Source: an uncultured virus (IMG/VR IMGVR_UViG_3300005618_000016)
Taxonomy: Duplodnaviria; Heunggongvirae; Uroviricota; Caudoviricetes
Direction: 5' to 3' (one strand)
Length of the DNA: 23,269 bases
Virus record (IMG/VR): IMGVR_UViG_3300005618_000016
Notes under the pieces: generated by a model
Seen by the model: only the letters and a program-made list of their open reading frames with translations
Told to the model about the DNA's origin: nothing
The model's database searches: none
Translations under genes and position numbers: made by a program
Part shown: piece after piece, positions 8,075-15,708 of the stretch
Numbering within the stretch: the first letter of the stretch is position 1
How the letters are laid out: every line of letters starts with the position of its first letter

Positions 8075-9487
8075 ATGCTCGCAGCCGCGTACGGACCCTA
8101 CCCGAAGGCAGGTGTGCTCGGTCTCGGTGCTGCGGAAAGCGTGAAGGTCACTGCCGGGTGGACGACACCGGAACGTGAACTGATCTCCGAGTTCACGCAC
8201 GATCAGAAGCGTCCTCCGACGTCGGTCGAGATCGGAGCGTTGCGACACCTGGCAGAGCGCAGCAACGAAGTGCTCCGTCGCATGACCGGGGGTCACAACC
8301 CGGATCGCACTGACCAGGCGGACTTCAACACGGCGCAGGGGCTCATCAACTTCTACCTGGTGAACGGTCGAGGCCCTGACAACAAGGACCCGTGGGCGCC
8401 GCCACGCGGGGGTCCAGAGATCGAGGCGCTCGTCAAGGCGGCGGTGAGCGCGGTGCCTCAGAAGCAGTCGTTGCTCTCGAAGATCGTGCATTCTCCGATC
8501 GCGCTCGTGGTGAACCCCGTCGACACCGTCGTCAAGAAGGTGATCGGAGACAAGGCTTATTACTCCGTCGCGAAAGCCATCGGGGGAGACAAGGTCGAAG
8601 CGGCGCTGCGCGCGGGCAACGATCTCTCGAGCCATTCGCTTTCCGATCTCTCACACGGATCGACAGTCAAGGATCTGGCGAACCAAGGCGCACGCGTCGC
8701 TGCAGTGGTCGCTCAAGAGAAGCTCTCTCCAGAGCAAGCGAAGACGGTGCTCGCGGCGGTGCACCCCGAAGCCGCTAAGGTGGCCGTCACCGAGCTCAAG
8801 AGGGTCGCTCCCGCGGTCGCTCCGAAGATCGCTGAGCTCTCCAGGAAGCCTCCAATAAAGACCCCTCCGTCAGCTGCCCGCGCTCCGGGCCAGTACGGCC
8901 CTTACCCGAAGGGCGTCGGCGTGGCCGGCACGGGGGTCGGCTCCTTCCTGCGTCCGAGCGCGCGCTGGCGCTGGTTCGCCGTGTACGCCAACGGGCAGCC
9001 AGTTGCGCAGCGGGGACCGATCTGGCTCTCCGACTACGACGCGGATCTCGAAGCGGCGTCTTTCCTGGAGTCGACGCAGGGGCGTGATTACATCGGAACT
9101 GTAAAGCGCTGGAATTGGGACCAGGGCCAATGGGCTCTCGGCGACCCGCTGGACGCGCCGCCGCACGGAGGGCACGGAGGACACCATGGCGGCGGTCACG
9201 GGGGCGGCCGAGGGCGGCCGGTGCTCTCCCGCGGCGGACGGGGGATCCCCGGCTGGTGGGGGCCCTGGTGGGGCACCACGGAGGTCGTCACGACGACCGA
9301 GACGTGCCGCACCTGGGGCGATCCCATCGAGATGCCCCCAGAGATGGTGGCGCCTGCGAAGGCAGCCTTCGGCGCCTCTGGAGGGCGTCCCGTAACGGTT
9401 CGCGGTCCTGACGGGGGGCTGTACCTCCTGCAACGAGAAGGCAGCACGATGACGGCCCGTCCGTGCGCCGCAACGGTGACCTCATGA
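8075..9487 (+). CDS. Modular hypothetical protein (470 aa), possibly virion-associated
   Basis: Long GC3-rich ORF with two YGPYPK-G motifs and a Gly/His-rich tract. Coupled to the next gene. Confidence 0.75.
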   Translation: MLAAAYGPYPKAGVLGLGAAESVKVTAGWTTPERELISEFTHDQKRPPTSVEIGALRHLAERSNEVLRRMTGGHNPDRTDQADFNTAQGLINFYLVNGRGPDNKDPWAPPRGGPEIEALVKAAVSAVPQKQSLLSKIVHSPIALVVNPVDTVVKKVIGDKAYYSVAKAIGGDKVEAALRAGNDLSSHSLSDLSHGSTVKDLANQGARVAAVVAQEKLSPEQAKTVLAAVHPEAAKVAVTELKRVAPAVAPKIAELSRKPPIKTPPSAARAPGQYGPYPKGVGVAGTGVGSFLRPSARWRWFAVYANGQPVAQRGPIWLSDYDADLEAASFLESTQGRDYIGTVKRWNWDQGQWALGDPLDAPPHGGHGGHHGGGHGGGRGRPVLSRGGRGIPGWWGPWWGTTEVVTTTETCRTWGDPIEMPPEMVAPAKAAFGASGGRPVTVRGPDGGLYLLQREGSTMTARPCAATVTS

Positions 9488-9687
9488 CGCATCGCCGCAA
9501 GAAGAACGACCTCCCAGGCTGGTTCCCGTTCGCGCTCGTCGCGTCCGGACTCGTGGCGCTCGCCGCCGGCATGAAGTCGAACTGGGGACGCGCTACGGCC
9601 GCCGCGCCGCCTCCGGAGCCGTCTCCGACGCCGCCGGTGCAGAAGGCGGGTGTGGTCCAGGGGTGGCCTGGCGTTCGCTACGGCTGA
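9484..9687 (+). CDS. Small single-TM protein with Pro-rich tail (67 aa)
   Basis: ATG 9484 overlaps the upstream TGA. Basic N-terminus, TM WFPFALVASGLVALAAGM, then PPPEPSPTPP. Confidence 0.7.
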   Translation: MTHRRKKNDLPGWFPFALVASGLVALAAGMKSNWGRATAAAPPPEPSPTPPVQKAGVVQGWPGVRYG

Positions 9688-9690
9688 CGT

Positions 9691-11412
9691 TCATCCTGCA
9701 AGCTCCTCAGAAAGACGTGTTGCGCCTCGTCCACCCGTGATGAGCTCCAGCCCACGAAGCCGGCTCATGTACGTCGAGAACGTGCCGCTCGCGCTGCTGA
9801 CGCCAGCAGTCTCTCCGATCTGCTCATTGGTGAGCGCTTCCGGGTAGGCGTCAGCGAGCGCCTCGAGCATTCGAGCGGCGCCGCTGTTTCCGAGCTCGGC
9901 GAGCCAGTACGAGAGCAGTGCTGCGCCCTCGGGTAGCGCCTCGAACTCACCTAGCGCTACGAGCCCCTCCTGGGTGACCCGACGCTTCTCTCCCTCGTCG
10001 ACGATCCATCCTGCCTGTCGCGCGCGACTCAGGTACGTCGAGAAAGTGCCAGACTGAGAAGAGAGCCCGGCGCGAAGCCCGATCTGCCTGTTGGTGAGGC
10101 CGTCGGGGCGCTGCGCGATAGCGATCAGGATACGACGAAGACCGCCCCTTCCGATTGCAGACTCGGGAGCAGCTCCGTTCGCCGGCTTTGGTGCACGATG
10201 GACGATGGAAGGACCAGCGGGTGGGGGCGGCGCGCGACGCGCTACTGGCGCTGCGGTCTCTCGAAACCGGATCGGCGCAATTGCCTCCTTCAGCTTGTCG
10301 ACGAGTCCGAGTGCAGATTCGGTGCTCGTCTTCGCGAGGTCTAGCGCCTTCTCCAGACGCTTGGCCATGTCTGCGGACACGGCGGGCACCTCCACGCGTT
10401 TCGTATTGGCAGCGGGCCTCCTTGCGAGTTCCTTCTCGAGTTCTGTCACCCGAGTCTGATTCGCCTTGAGAAGTCGAACGAGCTCCTTCGGGTCTTCGGA
10501 TTTTGCCCGCTCGATGGTATCCGCCATGCGCGACTCGAGCGCCTTCAGATCCACCTTGGATAGCTTCACACGCGCCCCAGACTTCGACTCTCGAACCGTT
10601 GCGGGATCCATCGACCGAGTCTTCGAGATTTTGATCTGCTTCGAGATCCCGAGCCACTGCGGGCTCCACACGTGAGCGTGCCCCACCGCAAGCTTCGGAA
10701 GCGTTGCAACCAAGTCTACGTCGATGCCCTTGTCAGCCATCCATGCGGCGATGGCCTTGCGCTCCTGAACACCGCTCATCTGGAAAGCGAAGAGGCACTC
10801 CGTTTGGTTCAGTGCCTTCTTGTTTACTTCCTGCGGGCGCTGCGAGATCAGCGTGACGCCGATCTTGAAGTTCCGTCCGACCTTCACGATACGGTTGAAG
10901 ACGTTGACCGCACGCTGGATGCCGCCTGCGAACCCCTCGGTGTTCTGTGGCACGATGTCTTGGCACTCTTCGAGAAAGAGGTGCACGGGTGACGGTGCGG
11001 CCTTCTTGCGCTGAAAAAAGCGCTCGCCGAAAGCAGTCGCGAAGCGTACCTGCTCGGAGTCGATCATCTGGCTCGTGTCGAGCACCGCAGACGAACCCGT
11101 GTCGACAATGAAGTCCGCGACGACAGCGCCTCCAGTAGGTTCGAGCGGAACGTCTCCGTACAGACCGCCAAGCACAGGAAGAGAGAACGGCTTCGGTCCT
11201 AGGCGAAGAAACGGCCACACCCCGACCGTATCGATCACGATGATCTGCGCGCCGGCCTCGAGCATGAGCTCCGCGAGCTTCTTTGCGGCGTACGTCTTTC
11301 CAGAACCGGTGCGTCCCAGGAACGCGTACTTCTGCCAGATCGCACCAGGGGCACCGTCGAGCGAATCGAACGGGAGTTGTAGATCATCCGAGATTGCTAG
11401 CTTCTTCTTCAT
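9691..11412 (-). CDS. HerA/FtsK-superfamily (DUF87-like) ATPase with coiled coil and two C-terminal winged-helix domains
   Basis: Walker A GRTGSGKT, IVIDTVG, Walker B LFLEECQ, arginine finger GRNFKIG, ISQRP. Duplicated SGTFSTY helical modules at the C-terminus. Confidence 0.85.
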   Translation of the reverse strand: MKKKLAISDDLQLPFDSLDGAPGAIWQKYAFLGRTGSGKTYAAKKLAELMLEAGAQIIVIDTVGVWPFLRLGPKPFSLPVLGGLYGDVPLEPTGGAVVADFIVDTGSSAVLDTSQMIDSEQVRFATAFGERFFQRKKAAPSPVHLFLEECQDIVPQNTEGFAGGIQRAVNVFNRIVKVGRNFKIGVTLISQRPQEVNKKALNQTECLFAFQMSGVQERKAIAAWMADKGIDVDLVATLPKLAVGHAHVWSPQWLGISKQIKISKTRSMDPATVRESKSGARVKLSKVDLKALESRMADTIERAKSEDPKELVRLLKANQTRVTELEKELARRPAANTKRVEVPAVSADMAKRLEKALDLAKTSTESALGLVDKLKEAIAPIRFRETAAPVARRAPPPPAGPSIVHRAPKPANGAAPESAIGRGGLRRILIAIAQRPDGLTNRQIGLRAGLSSQSGTFSTYLSRARQAGWIVDEGEKRRVTQEGLVALGEFEALPEGAALLSYWLAELGNSGAARMLEALADAYPEALTNEQIGETAGVSSASGTFSTYMSRLRGLELITGGRGATRLSEELAG

Positions 11413-11873
11413 CCGACAACCTTTCTCAGGATCGCACCACCCAGCAGGAACACGGCGCGATCCACGTCGTCCTGCGTGAGACCGACCTCGTGACTCGTTT
11501 TGATGTGACGCTCCGCCAGGTGTGCCATGTCGGAGTCGTCGTCGAGGATGACGAACGACTCGACGTCAGAGTGCCCCTCGAGCCACTCAGCGATCTCAAG
11601 ACCGCGCTGCGTTCCGTTGTGCGGGGTTTGCCCGATGATGGCGCCTGTGAATCCGCACGCGCACAGCGTCGCCGCCGGCTTCATCTCTGCGATGATCCTC
11701 CACGAGGAGGAGATCACCACGTGCGCTCCCGTGCGTACGACGAGCTGGTTCAGGAGTCCGATCGCTGCCGGGTCCAGCAGGTACAAGCGTTGATCCCTGG
11801 TGTGCGGCGGCTGGCGCGCCCACCATGCCCACGAGTTCAGGACGCCGTCGAAGTCGAGGAAGATGACCTTCAT
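11409..11873 (-). CDS. HAD-superfamily protein (HAD_SAK_2-like)
   Basis: Start ATG 11873 (ATGA coupling). IFLDFDGVLN, VISSSWR, RGLEIAEWL, FVILDDDSD, GLT. Confidence 0.9.
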   Translation of the reverse strand: MKVIFLDFDGVLNSWAWWARQPPHTRDQRLYLLDPAAIGLLNQLVVRTGAHVVISSSWRIIAEMKPAATLCACGFTGAIIGQTPHNGTQRGLEIAEWLEGHSDVESFVILDDDSDMAHLAERHIKTSHEVGLTQDDVDRAVFLLGGAILRKVVG

Positions 11874-12295
11874 GGCATCCCGGAGTTCCGTGGCGTGTTG
11901 ATCTCCGCGATGTACTCCAACAGCTCGGACACAGGACGAAACCATTCGCCCCGAATGCGCGCATGATCGAAACGGTTGTGAATCGTCCACTCCACTTCGC
12001 GACCGCCATCGATGGTTGCAAGGAGATCGATGGCGTATGGCAGAACGCGAGCCAGTTCTGCCAGTCGTTTGCTCAACTGTTTTGATGTTCCGATTTTGAT
12101 TGCTCCAGTTCCGCTTTCCCGAACGAAGTAGACTTTTGTTTCACCGTCAAAACGGAAACGGTCATCCTTCAGTGCGGCAACCGTGATCTCGTGGAACGGT
12201 TGCTCCGGTTTGGGTACAAGCATCAGGCCGCAATCCGCGGACCAGCTCGCTAAAAGTTCTCGTGAAATTCCAAGCGCTCCCATTTTGGTGGTCAA
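11870..12295 (-). CDS. GIY-YIG nuclease-family protein (T5orf172/MUG113-like)
   Basis: VYFVR...IKIGTS...RLAEL...E..IH.RF...RIRGEWF. Visibly lower GC than its neighbours. Confidence 0.85.
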   Translation of the reverse strand: MTTKMGALGISRELLASWSADCGLMLVPKPEQPFHEITVAALKDDRFRFDGETKVYFVRESGTGAIKIGTSKQLSKRLAELARVLPYAIDLLATIDGGREVEWTIHNRFDHARIRGEWFRPVSELLEYIAEINTPRNSGMP

Positions 12296-13410
12296 GTTTC
12301 CTCTTTCTTGCGTTTGGCCAGCGCCTTGTTGAGCAACCCGGGTCCTGCTGCGTCCTCGAGTCCAGCACGTCGGATGTACTCGTTGACCTGATTCACTCCG
12401 TGATGTCCGGTGGACGCTGCGATGTCCGACGCTTTTTCCCCCAGCCTGTGCGCAGTGGTCACGAACCCGCTACGCAACGAGTGCCCTCCGAACTCCGACG
12501 GATCCAAACCGAGCCGTTTTATGTAGTGCTGGATGCGACGTGACACTCCTTCAGGAGCGAGTGGAGAGCTCGAGATTTTGCCCGTGACCATCTCGACTCC
12601 TCGAAAGACGTAGCCGCTTTCGATCTTCGAGACGGAAAGCCACTTCCGCAGCGCTAAGACGGGACAGTACCGCTCGTCGTCCGACGGCTTCATCAGCACC
12701 ACGAGGCCCTTGCCGACCTGGTCCGCTTTGCTGCGGGGGATCGTCCAGCGGATGCCCTCTTCGATCTCGGTGAAGTGTTCGACGCGTGCGGCCGTGATCT
12801 CGCTGCGACGGCGACCGCTGGACCATCCGACGAGGAGCAGCGCTCTGTCCCTAACCCCTCGTACGTCGTCGCTTATCAAATCGCAGACACGGAACAGAAG
12901 TGCCTCCCCGGTCGCTTCGAGCGCACGCTTCTGGTTCTTCGGTGCTTTCCCCAGCGTCCTCGCGAATTTGTCACGCACGCCGTCGATAAGCGGGTGCTTC
13001 CAGGGACTTACGTGCCCGGATTGCTGATGGCTGTGGCAGATAGCGGCGAGCGCGCGCATGAGCGAGCTGTACCCGAGCGGGCCCTTCGGTTTGCCCTTTG
13101 GAACGTCCGCCTTGTCGCGCCCGGTCTCTGCCAGCTCTTGAAGGTAGGCGCGCAGGACGCGCGGTTCAGCCGGCATCGGTCGGACGCCGTGGCGCCCGCA
13201 CCAGGAGACGAAGCAGGCCAGCTCGAACTCGTAGGCCCGCCTGGTATTGGCGGGAACGGCCCTTTCGGTCTCGTCCTGGGCTCGCTCGTCGAGCGCGAGT
13301 AGCTCGCCCTGCGCGCCAGTGAGCGCGCCCTGCACGGGACGTTCGAGCCGCACGAGTTTCTGATCGGTTATCCGGTTATCGGCCACTTGCGCGAGAACAA
13401 GGCTTATCAC
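12292..13410 (-). CDS. Tyrosine recombinase/integrase, Cre-like
   Basis: N-terminal NTRRAY...FVSWC; catalytic R (RDRALLLVGWSSGRRRSEI), K (RSKADQ), HSLRSG, TGH and Y (VNEYIR). The start may be GTG 13386. Confidence 0.93.
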   Translation of the reverse strand: MISLVLAQVADNRITDQKLVRLERPVQGALTGAQGELLALDERAQDETERAVPANTRRAYEFELACFVSWCGRHGVRPMPAEPRVLRAYLQELAETGRDKADVPKGKPKGPLGYSSLMRALAAICHSHQQSGHVSPWKHPLIDGVRDKFARTLGKAPKNQKRALEATGEALLFRVCDLISDDVRGVRDRALLLVGWSSGRRRSEITAARVEHFTEIEEGIRWTIPRSKADQVGKGLVVLMKPSDDERYCPVLALRKWLSVSKIESGYVFRGVEMVTGKISSSPLAPEGVSRRIQHYIKRLGLDPSEFGGHSLRSGFVTTAHRLGEKASDIAASTGHHGVNQVNEYIRRAGLEDAAGPGLLNKALAKRKKEET

Positions 13411-13585
13411 GCATGGTACGGAACGTCCAGCGCGTCACGAAGGACCCTGAAAACAGCCTTGCGCACGCACCGCGAGCGCCGCACCCCCAGGCTCTCCACG
13501 GGGTCTCCGCTGGCCGTCAAGCGGCCCCCACGTGGCTTTTGCAGTGGACGCCTCCACCGGGCTTCGGGACCACCCCTCGCCGGTG

Positions 13586-13591
13586 TACCCT
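13586..13591 (+). promoter_or_regulatory. -10 element, probable leaderless transcript
   Basis: TACCCT, then 6 nt to ATG 13598. No SD sequence. Confidence 0.45.
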
Positions 13592-13597
13592 TGTGGC

Positions 13598-15085
13598 ATG
13601 GCAAGCAAGATCATCCTCGCGTGGACCGTCGACATCGCAAACACGCCGATCGGGGCTACCCAGGCCGCCGCGCGGCTCGCGGCCATCGATCTCTACGAGA
13701 ACGACGTCACCGATCCGGTGCTCGGGCAGCTTTTCGGGCTCACCGTGGACGACGACGCCACGACGAACGACGCAACGAGCGCGACGCGCACGTTGACGCT
13801 GAACATGGACAACTCCACCAACGGGCAGGCGCCTCCCCCGTTCCCGTGTCACCCTCGGACCTCGACGCCACCCGAGCTCCCGTACCCGCTGCGCAGGGCC
13901 GTCACGCTTCCGGGCTCGTTCTTCGTCACCAACGGATCGGCGAGCGTCGCGACGGCGGTGACGCAGCTCCCATCGATCGAGGCAGGCGACACCGTCCAGT
14001 TCCTTTCGCAGAAGGGCGTCGTCTACACGGTCCTGGCCGTGCCGGATTCGACCACCCTCACGCTCACGACTCCGTTCACGGGAACGTCCGGCAACACGGG
14101 AGCGTTCAAAGAGGTCGTGGCGCCGATCGCGCTGGATCGCCTCGCGGTCTACTCGACCTCGGATCTCGACACGGACGGGGTCTCGACCACCCCTGCGATC
14201 CCGGCCGGCACCGGAGCACAGACGGTGGAGTTGACCTACAACGATTCGACCGGAGCTGGTCCGTTCGCGGCGTCGGCGTCGCTCACTGGAAAGCGACCGG
14301 CAGGTTTCACGTTCGACGATCCGTCCAGCGTCGACGTCGCGGAGATCCTGACGTTCGTCGTCGACAACGTCGGATCCTTCGCGAACAGCGTCGGGCAGAT
14401 CACGCTCGTCGAGCTCTCCGACGATCTCCCAGCGATCCCGTCGAACGCGACACCGCTGGACTTCGTGAGGCTCACGGACGAGGCGCAACTTCTCATCGAG
14501 CAGGCGGTGGCCTACATGACACCGAGCTACTTCGCGATTGCGCAGCAAAGCACGAGTCGTCCGCAGCTTGAGGGAGACTTCTTGCTCACTACTGGATCGA
14601 CCAACGTGCCCACGTCGGAAGATCAGACGAGCGTACTGTCGCAAGACGACGTCATCCAGTTCGCCGAACAGATGACGCTGAACTCACCATTCGGAACGAC
14701 CGACGTGCTCTACACCATCGCGGCGGTGAGCCCGGGGTACATCACTCTCACGACGCCGTTCACCGGAGTCGACAACAACAACACCGGCACGAACAACGCC
14801 GGCACCAACAGCAACATGGGCACCATGGGGAACCTCGGCGCCGAGGTGCAGAAGAAGAGATCTGGTGCTTTCTTCGCGGGCGCCGCTGCACCGCCGTCCA
14901 ACGATCAGCTCTCGGGGCCTCTTGCGCAGTTCGTAGCGCTCGAGACCGCGTCCCCTCCCCCGAACCCTCCCGGAGCACCGGCTACGGTGCCGGCGCCCAC
15001 GTTCCTGAGCGGACTCTTCACGCGGACGCTCTCAATGGGGCTCAAGGGGATCCCGATCACGTCAGCGACGATTACGTTCTCCTGA
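13598..15085 (+). CDS. Thr-rich acidic structural-type protein with two copies of a beta module (495 aa)
   Basis: Start placed at ATG 13598. Repeats GxFxxTxGSxxV...QF..Q...YT..AV....[LI]TLTTPFTG at 13907-14083 and 14567-14767. Confidence 0.75.
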   Translation: MASKIILAWTVDIANTPIGATQAAARLAAIDLYENDVTDPVLGQLFGLTVDDDATTNDATSATRTLTLNMDNSTNGQAPPPFPCHPRTSTPPELPYPLRRAVTLPGSFFVTNGSASVATAVTQLPSIEAGDTVQFLSQKGVVYTVLAVPDSTTLTLTTPFTGTSGNTGAFKEVVAPIALDRLAVYSTSDLDTDGVSTTPAIPAGTGAQTVELTYNDSTGAGPFAASASLTGKRPAGFTFDDPSSVDVAEILTFVVDNVGSFANSVGQITLVELSDDLPAIPSNATPLDFVRLTDEAQLLIEQAVAYMTPSYFAIAQQSTSRPQLEGDFLLTTGSTNVPTSEDQTSVLSQDDVIQFAEQMTLNSPFGTTDVLYTIAAVSPGYITLTTPFTGVDNNNTGTNNAGTNSNMGTMGNLGAEVQKKRSGAFFAGAAAPPSNDQLSGPLAQFVALETASPPPNPPGAPATVPAPTFLSGLFTRTLSMGLKGIPITSATITFS

Positions 15086-15103
15086 AAAGGGGCGGGGAGG
15101 ATC

Positions 15104-15400
15104 TCAAGGACGCATCACGCGCCAGCGACCACCACATGCGCGGCGCACGAACGTAGGCTTGTCGAACTGCGACTCGGGGATCGAGCGCGGGTGCATCCGG
15201 GTGGATTCCGCTTCGCGCGTGCGCGCCTCGCGAAACGCCTCCTTGCGTGCCCATCGGATCTTCGCCACCGTCTTCGAGAATTGCTCCAGGTCGTAGTCGC
15301 GGAAACTGAGTGGCTCACGAACGTAGATCGCGGGCGGTAAGGTCGCTGTCACTCCTCCACTGAGGAAGATGATCGTCACGCGCGCGTTCGAGCCGTACAT
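15104..15400 (-). CDS. Hypothetical protein (98 aa)
   Basis: ATG-started ORF filling the gap, convergent with the 495-aa gene. No recognisable motif. Confidence 0.5.
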   Translation of the reverse strand: MYGSNARVTIIFLSGGVTATLPPAIYVREPLSFRDYDLEQFSKTVAKIRWARKEAFREARTREAESTRMHPRSIPESQFDKPTFVRRACGGRWRVMRP

Positions 15401-15415
15401 GGGCGCCTAGTAGAC

Positions 15416-15456
15416 CACAAAAGCGAAACGGCCCGAAAGCATCGAGCCGTTTCTGG
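15416..15456 (-). terminator. Terminator-like hairpin, copy 1 of a 41-bp repeat
   Basis: Minus strand GAAACGGCUCGA-ugcuu-UCGGGCCGUUUC followed by GCUUUUGUG. Confidence 0.7.
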
Positions 15457-15583
15457 CGTTTCTAGCGTTTCCGAAAAATCGTACCGACAGGGAGCCCTTT
15501 TCCGTTTTGGGCGCGGTCTACGTCCCGCTCGAGATCTACATGGTCCGCTTCCTTGGACGCATCGAAGAGTGGATTCATTCTAA

Positions 15584-15624
15584 CACAAAAGCGAAACGGC
15601 CCGGGGTAACCGAGCCGTTTCTGG
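15584..15624 (-). terminator. Terminator-like hairpin, copy 2 of a 41-bp repeat (downstream of tmRNA)
   Basis: Minus strand GAAACGGCUCGG-uuacc-CCGGGCCGUUUC followed by GCUUUUGUGUU. The outer 20+14 bp are identical to copy 1. Confidence 0.75.
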
Positions 15625-15708
15625 GGGCGAAAGGGGTTACGAGATTGCCCTCTCGTTCTTTCACCCTCCACCACGAAGTGATGGATCCCTTCCAAGATCC
15701 AAGACTTC

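Noticed and set aside
9691..11412. Terminase or A32-type packaging ATPase
   Set aside because: It lacks a terminase nuclease domain. Its length, coiled coil, winged-helix tail and operon context fit a HerA/DUF87-like protein better.
13387..14644. Long ORFs 13387-14571(+) and 13517-14644(-)
   Set aside because: Off-frame and antisense shadows of the GC3-rich 13598-15085 gene.
15416..15624. 41-bp repeats as a CRISPR array
   Set aside because: Only two copies, a 127-bp spacer, a variable loop, terminator-like U-tails and no cas genes.
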